A DNA stretch of 64,000 nucleotides from Alphaproteobacteria bacterium (GCA_964228455.1 CAXQZM010000071.1:13310-77309); one strand, 5' to 3'. Counted from the stretch's first letter, positions 1-9,998 are shown. A program made the numbers and translations. Notes: generated by a model from the sequence alone, not told the origin.

Positions 1-937
1 CAACTTGCAGGATTGCTGAAAGTGAAATTTCGGCACCCCAGGTATCTTGGATGGACATGGTTAGTCCTGACGAGGCGCAGAGGGCCCGTTGAGTTACGCA
101 GCGGGAAATCCCACCTTGTTTTCCAAGCTTGAGATTAATACCATCACAGGCCTCCAGCTGAATAGCTAGGCCAACATCGCCATCAGTTTGCGCCAACTCA
201 TCTAACATTATTGGATAGGGGCAAAAATCGCGCAGCAACAAGGTCTCACCCCAAGTTGCACAGGGGGCCTCTAATACGAAATTAAGATTCTCGGGCAACA
301 ATGCAAAAAGCTGCTTTGCTTGATCTAATGTTAGACTACCATTTGCATCAACCAGGAAAAAATCATCAGGTTGGCTATGGCGAAGAACGGTCGTTAGCCT
401 TTTGGCCTCCATTGAGGGTCCACCGGCGTTTAGTGCAGCGCCAATTTTAATCGAGTGGTGAGTGAAACCAAGATCAGAATGTCTTCTAACGGAATTAAGC
501 ATCTTTTCAGGGCTATCGCTACTAATTGAAGAAATACTTGGGACGTTGTCGCACATTAACCCACCAATTAGCTCATAGACCGGGGCACCCTCAGCCTTTC
601 CGGCAAGATCCCAAACTGCAATGTCTATTGCTGATTTTGCAGCCGCTTGCCCTGCTAAAACAGAGTCCATTTTTGCATAGACTGTACTGGGATCCCTGGG
701 ATCGAGTCCAAGCAAATTGGGAGATAATTCTATGATGGCGGCCAAAACCCCAGCTGGATGCCCTTCTATGTAAGTGCCTCCAAATGGACAAGACTCACCC
801 CAGCCTAATAAGCCTGTGTCCGTTTTCAAGCATACAATTGTTGTTTTAAACGAAGTAAATTCTCTACCACCAGACAGTTTATATACCCCCGGGTATGGAA
901 GATCTTTTTGAAAGACCTCTATACCGGTGATTTGCAC
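1..937 (-). CDS. Mandelate racemase/muconate-lactonizing-enzyme (enolase superfamily) protein. N-terminal ~312 aa are present and the C-terminus lies beyond the window start.
   Basis: Manual minus-strand translation from a GTG at 937..935, directly after the crotonase stop, gives VQITGIEVFQKDLPYPG...KIGAAL...FFLVDANGSLTLDQAK...FVLEAPCATW...IMLDELAQT...LKLGKQGGIS. The KxK, D-A-N, LEEP-like and D-E motifs are typical of MR/MLE barrel enzymes. It was not in the ORF track because it has a non-ATG start and runs off the edge. Confidence 0.6.
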   Translation of the reverse strand, partial: MQITGIEVFQKDLPYPGVYKLSGGREFTSFKTTIVCLKTDTGLLGWGESCPFGGTYIEGHPAGVLAAIIELSPNLLGLDPRDPSTVYAKMDSVLAGQAAAKSAIDIAVWDLAGKAEGAPVYELIGGLMCDNVPSISSISSDSPEKMLNSVRRHSDLGFTHHSIKIGAALNAGGPSMEAKRLTTVLRHSQPDDFFLVDANGSLTLDQAKQLFALLPENLNFVLEAPCATWGETLLLRDFCPYPIMLDELAQTDGDVGLAIQLEACDGINLKLGKQGGISRCVTQRALCASSGLTMSIQDTWGAEISLSAILQV

Positions 938-1720
938 TTAACGGCCTCTCCAAACTGGATCGCGCTTTTCCGCAAAAGCCTTGAATCCTTCTAAACCATC
1001 CTCGGAGTTGTATAGCTTATCAACCGTGGGAAGCTGAGATTTAGTTACTCGATTCATTGTATCTTGGAATCTTGCTCCTTCAGCCTCGCGAACGGTTTCC
1101 TTAATTGCCTGGAATACAAGCGGTGGTCCGCTTGCAAGGAGGTCAGCTACATCATTTACTTTAGCCTCTAAAGCCTGACCGTCAGATAGAGATTCGTTAA
1201 CAAGGCCCCATCGAACAGCCTCTTCACTGCTCATCCAGCGTCCAGTTAGAAGCATATCCATTGCAACATGGTAGGGAATTCGCTTCGGCAGCTTTATTGA
1301 CGCAGCGTCTGCTAAAGTACCAGCGCGAATTTCGGGCAATGCAAAGGTTGAAGCGCTGGTGCAGTATATTAAGTCGCAAGAGATCATGAGCTCAAAGCCT
1401 CCACCAACAGCCATCCCCTCTACCTGAGCGATAATGGGCTTATTCATGTCTCTTAATTCTTGAAGACCAGCAAAACCCCCAACTCCATAATCTCCAACTA
1501 CAGAATCCCCATTCGCCGCTGCTTTGAGGTCCCAACCAGCAGAAAAAAACTTTTCTCCGGCTGTTTTCACTATGCAAACTCGTGACGTTTGATCGTCGCG
1601 GAATGCCTTGAAGTGCTTACCCATTTCCTGGCTAGTAGAAAGCGCAATCGCATTAGCTTTTGGTCTATCCAGAGTAATTGTCCAGATTCCACCTCGCTTG
1701 GTTGTTGTGACTTCATTCAT
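938..1720 (-). CDS. caiD: Carnitinyl-CoA dehydratase-like enoyl-CoA hydratase (crotonase family, CaiD-type)
   Basis: 260 aa. Strong resemblance to E. coli CaiD along the whole length (ITLDRPKANAI, GEKFFSAGWDLKAAA, GGFAGL, GGGFEL, FAEKRDPVWRGR at the C-terminus). Crotonase-fold signature. Confidence 0.8.
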   Translation of the reverse strand: MNEVTTTKRGGIWTITLDRPKANAIALSTSQEMGKHFKAFRDDQTSRVCIVKTAGEKFFSAGWDLKAAANGDSVVGDYGVGGFAGLQELRDMNKPIIAQVEGMAVGGGFELMISCDLIYCTSASTFALPEIRAGTLADAASIKLPKRIPYHVAMDMLLTGRWMSSEEAVRWGLVNESLSDGQALEAKVNDVADLLASGPPLVFQAIKETVREAEGARFQDTMNRVTKSQLPTVDKLYNSEDGLEGFKAFAEKRDPVWRGR

Positions 1721-3681
1721 GAGGGCTCTCCTAAAATAAACATTGCGTCGGCGGCTATTGCATCGGCTGGTGTTGCAATAAGAGGGTTGATGTCTAACTC
1801 CAACACATCGCCACGCATAATTCGTGTCTGAACTGCCATGAGGGCTTGAATTATTGCTAAACGGTTGGCTGAAGGTCTGCCACGATACCCGTCTAGGATC
1901 TTTGAGATACGAAGCGAGTTTAAGGCCTCTTCTGCTTGGTTTTGATCAAAAGGCAGAAGTAAAATAGCACTATCCTCTATTAGCTCTGCCAGAATTCCGC
2001 CAGAGCCGATAAGCATGTGACCCCCTATTACAGGATCATGAGCTACTCCAACAATGAGTTCTGCGGTTACGTCTTGCACCATTTCTTCGACTAGAATTGT
2101 GTCAGAAATTTTTGATAACTTGGCAAACACACCGAGTGGGTCAGTCACGTTTAAGGAAACTCCGCCCACTTCAGACTTGTGAAAAAGATCAACGGAGACA
2201 GCTTTCATAACACAAGGTTTCTTTAGTTCAGTAATTTGATCTACTGATGAAACCAATTGCCCACTAGGAATGGAGATGCCATTGGAAGCTAGCTCTTGTT
2301 TGCTGTCGTATTCCGTCAAAGTGGTTAAGGGTTTCTGTGGTTTAGATAGGTATCGAAATTTCGTACCATGCTGTAGTGCCGCGGCATCAAGACCTTCGAG
2401 ACTTGCCTGCATGCCATGGAGTGGGACTATTCCAACCGAAACGAGCCGCTGCGATAGGTCTTCTGGCATATTTTCCGGGTAAGTAGCCATTATGCCCACC
2501 CGCGCATCTGAAGCACGCTTAGCATTAATTATACATTCTATCGCAAGCTCAAAGCTTTCAAGATTACCACTTGTTTTTCTAGGCCAGTCGAAAACAAAGA
2601 TTGTGAAATTTTGCGGACCTCGGAGCGCTTTAGTGAACGCTGGTGTAAGGGCCTCCGCATTACCCCACTCAAAAGTGTGATAATCAAATGGGTTAGATAC
2701 TTTTACTAACGGGTTAAGTGTTTCATCAATGCCTAAGCCATCCATTGATGGAAAGTTGAATCCATAACGGGCGCCAGCATCGGCCATTAAACTGGCCTCA
2801 CCGCCTGAGCAGGATATGCTGAGTAGATCTTTTCCTGTAATTTTACCTCCAAGATGCAGTATTTTGAGCCCCTCTAAAAAGCTTTCGAGTGAGCGAACAC
2901 GACCAATCCCGCACCGGTTTAGGAATGCGTCTGCAACACTGTCTGAACCTGAAAGTGAAGCCGTGTGAGAGACGGTTAAGGTTCGGGCTGCCTTTGTTTC
3001 ACCTGATTTAAGAGCGATAATCGGTTTTGAACAATCACGAGCAGCTTGGTGGAAGGAAGAAGGATCTCCAAAACCTTCAATATGTAACCCAATGGCTGTA
3101 ACCCGTGGGTCTTCATCCATAGCCGCAATAAGCTCGGACAAACCCAATTGCGCGCCGTTCCCTGCTGCCAGCATGTATGCAATTGGGAGGCCCCTTTGCT
3201 GCATGCTCATACTAATAAGAATATTCGAGGATTGTGTAATCAAGGCCACACCACTTTCGGCCTTATATCCTCCAAGTACGTCTGGCCACATCGCCACACC
3301 ATCTAAATAGTTCACCATTCCATAGCAATTTGGTCCCAGAATTGGCATTTCTCCTGCCGCCTCTAATAGTGTATCTTGTAAGTAAGCACCCTCTTCCCCA
3401 GCTTCTCCAAAACCTGATGCGAAGCATATTGCACCACCTGCACCAAACTGGGCCAATGAGCGTGTGATGTCTATGCTGGCATGACGATTTACTGCGACAA
3501 AAGCGGCATCGGGCGGATAAGGTAAATCAGTTATTTTCTTAAATTCTGATTTTGGGTTAACGTGCCAAACTGGGCCTTCAAAATTCCACTTTCTAATTTG
3601 GAATAAAACATTTTGCGTCCAAGCGCCCCCAACAATTGCAATAGACTTAGGATGGAGAAGACGTTCAAGTTTCATTGTCAC
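1717..3681 (-). CDS. ADP-forming (NDP-forming) acyl-CoA synthetase, fused CoA-binding/succinyl-CoA-synthetase-like alpha and ATP-grasp beta domains
   Basis: 654 aa. N-terminal KSIAIVGG CoA-binding/Rossmann domain, CoA-ligase domain, C-terminal ATP-grasp. Shares a 4-bp overlap with caiD (operon). Confidence 0.7.
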   Translation of the reverse strand: MTMKLERLLHPKSIAIVGGAWTQNVLFQIRKWNFEGPVWHVNPKSEFKKITDLPYPPDAAFVAVNRHASIDITRSLAQFGAGGAICFASGFGEAGEEGAYLQDTLLEAAGEMPILGPNCYGMVNYLDGVAMWPDVLGGYKAESGVALITQSSNILISMSMQQRGLPIAYMLAAGNGAQLGLSELIAAMDEDPRVTAIGLHIEGFGDPSSFHQAARDCSKPIIALKSGETKAARTLTVSHTASLSGSDSVADAFLNRCGIGRVRSLESFLEGLKILHLGGKITGKDLLSISCSGGEASLMADAGARYGFNFPSMDGLGIDETLNPLVKVSNPFDYHTFEWGNAEALTPAFTKALRGPQNFTIFVFDWPRKTSGNLESFELAIECIINAKRASDARVGIMATYPENMPEDLSQRLVSVGIVPLHGMQASLEGLDAAALQHGTKFRYLSKPQKPLTTLTEYDSKQELASNGISIPSGQLVSSVDQITELKKPCVMKAVSVDLFHKSEVGGVSLNVTDPLGVFAKLSKISDTILVEEMVQDVTAELIVGVAHDPVIGGHMLIGSGGILAELIEDSAILLLPFDQNQAEEALNSLRISKILDGYRGRPSANRLAIIQALMAVQTRIMRGDVLELDINPLIATPADAIAADAMFILGEPS

Positions 3682-4838
3682 GCGCCAAGAGGACGAAGCA
3701 AGTCTCGGCTTATGATGTGCCGCTGTATCTCAGATGTTCCATCCCAAATCCTCTCTACTCTTGCGTCGCGCCAGAATCGAGCAAGAGGTAAGTCATCCAT
3801 CAGGCCCATGCCTCCGTATATAGCGATTGCTTCATCGGTAACTCGTGACAACATTTCTGATGCGTATAACTTAGCACTAGCTATTTCACGGTTACTTAAA
3901 ATGTTTTGATCTAGCTGCCAAGCGGCTTTCAAAGTTAATAGATCAGCTGCATCTATTTCAGTGATCATATCAGCGAGCTTGAAGCTAACGCCTTGGAACT
4001 TTGAAATTTGCTGACCAAATTGTTTTCTTTCCGCGCTGTATTGAAGTGCGTAATTGAAAGCACGACGCGCGCGGCCAACACTCATAGCGGCAACGGTAAG
4101 TCGCGTGCCATATAACCATTCATTCATCACGGTAAAACCTCCACCTACCTCGCCTAGAACTTGCCCTGGTCCCAGTATGCAATTATCAAACGTTAAGATA
4201 TTATTGGGGTAGCCGCGATGGGAAACAGAGGAATAGCCGGGCTTAATTTCAAAACCGGATGTTCCTCTATCAACCAAGAAACATGTTATGATTTTTTTTG
4301 GCCCTCGGGCTGTTTGCTCTTCACCTGTTGCCACGAAAACTATTACAAAGTCTGCGTGTTCCGCCCCTGAAATAAAATGCTTGGAACCATTTAAAACCCA
4401 GTCGTTTCCTCGTTTCTCTGCTCGGCACTTCATGCCTCGAACATCGGAACCTGCATCCGGCTCAGTCATGGCCAATGCGTCCCAGCGTTCCCCCCTGATT
4501 GCGGGCTTTAAGTAAGTTTCAATTTGGTCACCCTGACAAGCCATTAGTATGCCTTGTGGCCTACCCCAAAAGTGAGTGAGTGCCATTGAACCGCGGCCAA
4601 GCTCTCGCTCTAAAAGAGTAAATTCAAGATGACTTAAACCTCCACCACCAACACTTTCAGGGAAATTTGGTGCGAAAAAACCGATCTCTTGAACCTTTTT
4701 GGCTATTTGCCGTCCCATCTCAATTGGAACGCACCCCAGTCTTTCAACTTCATCTTCTAACGGATAAATTTCAGTTTCGACGAAGGTTCGAACCGTATCC
4801 ACAATCATTTCTTGTTCAGATGTGAGCCCAAAAAACAT
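3678..4838 (-). CDS. Acyl-CoA dehydrogenase family protein
   Basis: 386 aa. ACAD N/M/C domains (TEPDAGSD, GGMG..., catalytic-Glu-containing C-terminal helical domain). Translationally coupled to the upstream synthetase. Confidence 0.8.
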   Translation of the reverse strand: MFFGLTSEQEMIVDTVRTFVETEIYPLEDEVERLGCVPIEMGRQIAKKVQEIGFFAPNFPESVGGGGLSHLEFTLLERELGRGSMALTHFWGRPQGILMACQGDQIETYLKPAIRGERWDALAMTEPDAGSDVRGMKCRAEKRGNDWVLNGSKHFISGAEHADFVIVFVATGEEQTARGPKKIITCFLVDRGTSGFEIKPGYSSVSHRGYPNNILTFDNCILGPGQVLGEVGGGFTVMNEWLYGTRLTVAAMSVGRARRAFNYALQYSAERKQFGQQISKFQGVSFKLADMITEIDAADLLTLKAAWQLDQNILSNREIASAKLYASEMLSRVTDEAIAIYGGMGLMDDLPLARFWRDARVERIWDGTSEIQRHIISRDLLRPLGA

Positions 4839-4926
4839 GAAGCCTCCCCAAGAGTAAATAATTTGAGGCTATGCCCCTCTGTACCGCCAAAATCGCAGAT
4901 GTTTGGCAGGCGTTAGTTTATGAAAT

Positions 4927-4942
4927 GGGCCCGCGGGCCCAA
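4927..4942 (-). terminator. GC-rich palindrome (GGGCCCGCGGGCCC) downstream of the BKACE gene. Possible transcription terminator or processing hairpin.
   Basis: Perfect 14-bp GC palindrome read directly in the sequence. The flanking T-run is weak on both strands. Confidence 0.3.
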
Positions 4943-5018
4943 CCCATAAAATAACGGCTCTAAATGATGAGCGATGTTCTTTTGTAGATCTAAGTTATCT
5001 TAAAGAGACTCTCCATAA

Positions 5019-5909
5019 TTAGCTCTGACGAAGTTTAAGCTTTTCTCTAACTTCTTTAGGCCCAATAATTTTTACGTTCATAGCTTCTAGAATTGTTACC
5101 GCACGTTCAACTAGATCACCGTTTGAGGCAAGGACGCCTTTTTCTAAATAGATATTATCTTCCAAGCCCACCCTAACATTCCCCCCGGCTAGAACAGCAG
5201 CAGCCACGTAGGGTAATTGAAGTCGACCGATTGAAAACGCTGAGAAGATCCAACTTTCTGGAACATTATTGACCATGGCCATTAGCGTGGTCATGTCAGG
5301 CGGCGCCCCCCAGGGCACGCCCATGCAAAGCTGAACCATCACTGGATCTTCGATTAACCCCTCGTTAACGAGTTGCTTGGCAAACCATAGGTGGCCAGTG
5401 TCAAATGCTTCGATTTCTGGGCGCACTCCTAAGGCGGTCATACGGGAGGCCATGTCACGGAGCATGGCTGGGGTGTTTGTCATGATGTAGTCACCCTCAC
5501 CAAAGTTCATAGTGCCGCAATCAAGGGTACATATTTCAGGCAAGGAGTCTTTGATATGCTGAACGCGAGCCTCCGCGCTTGCCATATCTGTTCCTTCATG
5601 ATTCAGCGGAAGAGGCGAAGAGGTTGGCCCGAGAGTTAGGTCACCTCCAGTGCCGGCCGTTAGATTAATTACCACATCAGTATCAGCGTCCCGAATACGA
5701 TCAACCACCTCTTTATACATTTGCAGGTCTCTTGATTGGCCGCCGGTATCAGGATCTCTAACGTGACAATGAGCAATCGCTGCGCCAGCCTTTGCTGCTT
5801 CAATTGCAGCAGCTGCAATTTCCTTAGGTGTAATTGGAACCTTGTGTGATTTCTGGGTAGTGGCACCCCCTCCGGTAACTGCAGCAGTGATGAAAACTTC
5901 ATAGTTCAT
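5019..5909 (-). CDS. 3-keto-5-aminohexanoate cleavage enzyme family (BKACE/DUF849) beta-keto-acid cleavage enzyme
   Basis: 296 aa. TIM-barrel BKACE hallmarks (ITAAVTGG N-terminus, HxH-type metal site, GLED motif). Confidence 0.75.
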   Translation of the reverse strand: MNYEVFITAAVTGGGATTQKSHKVPITPKEIAAAAIEAAKAGAAIAHCHVRDPDTGGQSRDLQMYKEVVDRIRDADTDVVINLTAGTGGDLTLGPTSSPLPLNHEGTDMASAEARVQHIKDSLPEICTLDCGTMNFGEGDYIMTNTPAMLRDMASRMTALGVRPEIEAFDTGHLWFAKQLVNEGLIEDPVMVQLCMGVPWGAPPDMTTLMAMVNNVPESWIFSAFSIGRLQLPYVAAAVLAGGNVRVGLEDNIYLEKGVLASNGDLVERAVTILEAMNVKIIGPKEVREKLKLRQS

Positions 5910-5948
5910 GGAGATGCTCCTTACTTAGGTGGTGATGGTCGGTTTAAT

Positions 5949-7157
5949 TTAGTGATTTTCGGCTCGAGACTTAAATACGACCCATGGACCAAAAATGGCG
6001 ACAAGGGCAGCGACAGGGACTATAGAGGCATAAGCCCAACGGAAGCCATAAAAATGTTCCAGAAAGCCGATTAGGGGAGGTCCAATAAAGATTGAAGCCC
6101 AGCCCATTGCAGACACTATAGCAACCCCGAAGGCCGGTCTCACACCATTTAAGCGTCCAGCCGACGCAACAAAGATTGGGAAAAAAAATGAGAAACCAAA
6201 CCCCATAAAGAATACAGCGACGACTCCTTCCCAGTATTTATGAGTGATGATGAGCCAGAGAAGCCCGGCCATGCCAATCAATGTGCCAAAAAGGAGCAGT
6301 TTGGGACGCCCAATCTGTTCCGCTATCCCATCTCCCAGTAAGCGCGCTATTAGCAGCCCTGAAGAAAAAAGAACCATTGGTAGAACGAACCAATGGGCAT
6401 CTAGATTTTGTCCTTTTAGCTTAAATTCAGAGAAAAAGTATTGGCTGAGCCAGTCATAGTGAGATGCTTCTGCTTCAATACCCAGAAGCATCAACAAGCA
6501 TAGTCCTATGAGCAAGTTTCGTGAGAGTTTAGGCAGCTTTCCCCCACTTGCTTTAAGCGCCTCTTCATCGGAAGCAGCCTCAATTGAGAAGGACAAAAAA
6601 TCACGTCGAATGAAAAAGAGAAGCGTCGAAGACGCCAAGCTTATCAATAAAAAGAATAACCAAATCGGCATCCCGAAATATAATGAAATAAACGCGAGAA
6701 GTGTTCCTGATAAAACACCAGCTGCAAACATTGCATGAACGCCAGTCATAAAAAATCGATTTGTTACCCTCTCCAATAAACTACCTTGAGAGTTTGCCGC
6801 AACGTCGAAGAAGCCGGTGCAGATGCCGAGGCAAAAGCCTATCGAGAGAAGAGCACCATAGTTGGGTGCTAAAATGTACAGTACAGGGAATGCTAAAAAA
6901 AGTGGCAGAAATATAGAGGATAATAACTTGCTACCAAAACGTCCGATGAGGAAACTGCCTCCAATAAGTGAAGGAACTGCGCCAAAAGCCATGCTTAATA
7001 AGAAGAAGGTAACATGCCATTCTTCCAAATCCAGCCGGCCCATAAGAGTGGGGAATTGTGCAAGCATTGTAGGAACTGTTAAGCCGAGAACAAAGAAGCC
7101 AGCTGCTATCGCTCGAAAAGTTCTTTTAATTTGCTGCTCTGTTAAGGCGTGTCCCAT
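5949..7157 (-). CDS. MFS transporter
   Basis: 402 aa, ~12 predicted hydrophobic helices, typical MFS architecture. Confidence 0.7.
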   Translation of the reverse strand: MGHALTEQQIKRTFRAIAAGFFVLGLTVPTMLAQFPTLMGRLDLEEWHVTFFLLSMAFGAVPSLIGGSFLIGRFGSKLLSSIFLPLFLAFPVLYILAPNYGALLSIGFCLGICTGFFDVAANSQGSLLERVTNRFFMTGVHAMFAAGVLSGTLLAFISLYFGMPIWLFFLLISLASSTLLFFIRRDFLSFSIEAASDEEALKASGGKLPKLSRNLLIGLCLLMLLGIEAEASHYDWLSQYFFSEFKLKGQNLDAHWFVLPMVLFSSGLLIARLLGDGIAEQIGRPKLLLFGTLIGMAGLLWLIITHKYWEGVVAVFFMGFGFSFFFPIFVASAGRLNGVRPAFGVAIVSAMGWASIFIGPPLIGFLEHFYGFRWAYASIVPVAALVAIFGPWVVFKSRAENH

Positions 7158-7239
7158 TATTTGCCGCTAAGGCCTTCGTCACGCACTAACAACCTTTGTT
7201 ATTCTTGTAATTTTGATGTTTTGTCCCCAGGTCAGCATT

Positions 7240-7629
7240 ATGAAACGTCGAGATAAGTCTAATCCACGCGAGGGTCGCGAGCAAAGCCAGCGGCAGTTAA
7301 AGATGGGTGAGCAAATTCGGCACGTTTTAAGCGAGGCTGGTCTAAGGGAGGATTTGAGAGACCTGACAGGCCAGGCAATTAGTCTTACGTTTACAGAAGT
7401 ACGATGCAGTGCTGACTTCCGGCTCGCAAAGGCTTTTTACGTGCCGCTTGGACCGGTATCTCAGCAGGATTGTGAATTTGCCCTGAAGGCAGCGTTGCCC
7501 AGCTTACAGGCGGCAGTTGCTAAAAAAAGCACATCTAAGTTTACTCCAAAACTGACATTCGTTTATGATACCAGTTTTGATGAAGCAGACCACTTACGAG
7601 ACGTATTGAGCAGTCTGCCAAAGACGTGA
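7240..7629 (+). CDS. rbfA: Ribosome-binding factor A
   Basis: RbfA-like sequence (KRRDK...RQLKMGEQIRHVLSE...). Start chosen at the internal ATG 7240; the ORF extends to 7213. Conserved rbfA-truB-rpsO-pnp neighbourhood. Confidence 0.8.
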   Translation: MKRRDKSNPREGREQSQRQLKMGEQIRHVLSEAGLREDLRDLTGQAISLTFTEVRCSADFRLAKAFYVPLGPVSQQDCEFALKAALPSLQAAVAKKSTSKFTPKLTFVYDTSFDEADHLRDVLSSLPKT

Positions 7630-7644
7630 TTGACCGGATATTTT

Positions 7645-8730
7645 CTACCCACTGAAGATAGACCAGAACAACAACAGTGCTTGAGGCCCTCGGAAGATCC
7701 TCCGAGATACCAAAAGCTTTAATCGGTCAATTAATCGAGATTTATGATATAATTTGGCATTGGCTCGAGCCCATGATTGCAGGCGAGTTGCTCTGGGCTT
7801 GCGTATTTTTTCATACTTGGTCAAATCTGAGGCATTTCCGGCTAAGGCCCAGGCGTCTTCGATAGCTAGGGCGGCCCCCTGAGCCAAAAAAGGAAGAGTT
7901 GGGTGTGCAGCATCACCTAATAACGCAGTTTTTCCATCAACCCATCTAGCTAAAGCAGGACGATCAAACAAACCCCAGCGTTGCACAGATGTGCATGCAT
8001 CCAATATTTCGCCTAACTTTGGATGCCAGTTAGAAAAGTGGTCTCTCAATTCATTGAGGTCTCCTGGCGTGTTCCAGCCTTCTTCGAGCCATTGGTCTTG
8101 CTCAGTCACGGCAACAAAATTTATCAATTCTGGGCCGATATAATAAGTTACCAGGTGTTTTTCTGGCCCAACCCAGACACAAGCTTCTTCTGGGATCAAG
8201 GCTTTCAACCTAGAATCTGCCGTTACCACGCCTCGCCAAGCCACTTGGCCCCGAAATTCTGGATCTGATGGGCCATTCATTTGAGCCCGTAAGGCCGATC
8301 GAAACCCGTCGGCTGCGACTGTCAATTGAGTTGGATCATATGATGCAATGTCGCAACCTAGTTGAACGTCAACTCCTTTAGCAAGTACCGATTGGAGCAT
8401 AGGTCGATAGACGTGTAGGTACGGTCCCCCGTAGTATCGCTGACAATATCCCTTGAGTGGGGCATACATCAACGCGGAGCCAGTTTTTCCGTCTCGGATG
8501 GTAGCAGCTTCAGGTTCAAATGAATTGGCTTTTACAGAGTCGAGTAAATTTAGCCGGGACAGGATTCTTGTAGCATTTGGACTGAGTTGGATTCCAGCGC
8601 CCACTTCGCTAAAGGCGTTAGCGCGTTCAAACGTTTGAGTTTTCCAACCCATCTGTCGCAAAGCATGGGCAGCGGTTAGGCCTCCAATTCCAGCGCCAAT
8701 AATTATTGCACTCTTGCTCATTACCTTCAA
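7645..8730 (-). CDS. FAD-dependent aromatic-ring monooxygenase (salicylate/3-hydroxybenzoate hydroxylase-like)
   Basis: 361 aa. N-terminal GxGxxG (IIGAGIGGLTAAHAL), DG and GD(A/S)AH FAD fingerprints (LLGDAAHP). Confidence 0.7.
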   Translation of the reverse strand: MKVMSKSAIIIGAGIGGLTAAHALRQMGWKTQTFERANAFSEVGAGIQLSPNATRILSRLNLLDSVKANSFEPEAATIRDGKTGSALMYAPLKGYCQRYYGGPYLHVYRPMLQSVLAKGVDVQLGCDIASYDPTQLTVAADGFRSALRAQMNGPSDPEFRGQVAWRGVVTADSRLKALIPEEACVWVGPEKHLVTYYIGPELINFVAVTEQDQWLEEGWNTPGDLNELRDHFSNWHPKLGEILDACTSVQRWGLFDRPALARWVDGKTALLGDAAHPTLPFLAQGAALAIEDAWALAGNASDLTKYEKIRKPRATRLQSWARANAKLYHKSRLIDRLKLLVSRRIFRGPQALLLFWSIFSG

Positions 8731-8754
8731 CTAGGCCTAGGGGCTCTAACTGTC

Positions 8755-9675
8755 ATGGCAAAAAAAAACAAAGGGCTCCCTCTTAATGGCTGGATCAACC
8801 TAGATAAGCCCCTACATGTCTCTTCAAACGATGCAGTGCAAGCGGTTAAAAAGCATTTGCGTCCAGTAAAAATAGGACACGGGGGCACTCTGGACCCACT
8901 TGCATCAGGAGTTCTCCCTCTCGCACTAGGCGAAGCAACCAAAACAGTCAGCTTTGCGATGGATGGCGATAAAATCTATATTGCCCATGTTAAGTTTGGC
9001 GAGTCCACGGATACAGATGATTTAGAGGGGGAGATAATAGCCGAGTCGTCAACTCGTCCAGCAGAGATCCTTATAAAAAAGGCGCTTCATGATGTTTCTG
9101 GTAAAATAATTGATCAGCGACCACCAGCTTTTTCGGCTCTTAAAGTAGAGGGAAATCGCGCCTACGAGTTGGCGAGAGCTGGAAAGGAAGTTAATCTATC
9201 TAGTCGAAATGTGAATCTTAAGGCTGCCCACCTCCTATCTTATGATGGCGAAGTGGCGTGTATTAAGCTTACAGTCGGCAAAGGGTTTTATGTTAGGTCG
9301 TTTGCTAGAGATTTGGGGGAGACCCTCCGCTCTAAAGCTCATCTAAGCGGATTACGGCGCACACAGGTAGGGTCTTTTACCGCAGATTCTGCAATTTCAC
9401 TTGATTCTTTGTTAACCTTAGACCATCGCGCCGCTGTCGCAGCTTTGCTGCCGCTTGAACGTGTGCTGGACGACATCCCGGCTCTCGATCTTGGTCAGGC
9501 AGAAGCGTGGCGCCTCAAATCCGGGCTTCCAGCCACTTTGGTTCGTCGATCATTCCTTGAGCAGATTGCTTTGTTGGAAGACGGAAAAATGGTTCAGGCG
9601 CGGTATGAAAATCGGCTAGTGGCTTTGTGTGAATATTCAAAAGCAAGGCTAAAGGTGATTAGGGGCTTCAACTAA
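8755..9675 (+). CDS. truB: tRNA pseudouridine(55) synthase
   Basis: 306 aa. TruB catalytic motif ([15 protein letters not shown]) and position between rbfA and rpsO. Confidence 0.9.
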   Translation: MAKKNKGLPLNGWINLDKPLHVSSNDAVQAVKKHLRPVKIGHGGTLDPLASGVLPLALGEATKTVSFAMDGDKIYIAHVKFGESTDTDDLEGEIIAESSTRPAEILIKKALHDVSGKIIDQRPPAFSALKVEGNRAYELARAGKEVNLSSRNVNLKAAHLLSYDGEVACIKLTVGKGFYVRSFARDLGETLRSKAHLSGLRRTQVGSFTADSAISLDSLLTLDHRAAVAALLPLERVLDDIPALDLGQAEAWRLKSGLPATLVRRSFLEQIALLEDGKMVQARYENRLVALCEYSKARLKVIRGFN

Positions 9676-9710
9676 ACGGGCAGTTGTCCAGAGAAATAAA
9701 GGAATTTCTG

Positions 9711-9980
9711 ATGTCGATAATGACTATGTCAAAAGACGAAATCGTCGCAAAGTTTGGTCGTGGGAAAAGCGATACAGGCTCACCAGAAGTGCAGATAGCG
9801 CTTCTCACCAATCGAATTTTGAACCTCACGGAGCACATGAAGGAGCACAAGCAAGACTTCCACTCTCGCCGGGGTCTCATCATGATGGTCGGCCAGCGTC
9901 GCCGCTTGTTAGACTATCTCAAGAAGAAGGACGCGGCTCGATATACCGCGATCCTCGAGCCGCTAGGCCTGCGGAAATAG
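9711..9980 (+). CDS. rpsO: 30S ribosomal protein S15
   Basis: Near-collinear with E. coli S15 (...[38 protein letters not shown]). AAGGAA RBS lies 7 nt upstream of ATG 9711. Confidence 0.9.
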   Translation: MSIMTMSKDEIVAKFGRGKSDTGSPEVQIALLTNRILNLTEHMKEHKQDFHSRRGLIMMVGQRRRLLDYLKKKDAARYTAILEPLGLRK

Positions 9981-9998
9981 GCTAATTCATTAAGGCAG

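Noticed and set aside
4781-4800. GGTTCGAACC, which resembles a tRNA T-loop motif
   Set aside because: It is a simple palindrome inside the acyl-CoA dehydrogenase coding sequence, with no flanking acceptor or anticodon stem structure. I identified no tRNA genes anywhere in the window.
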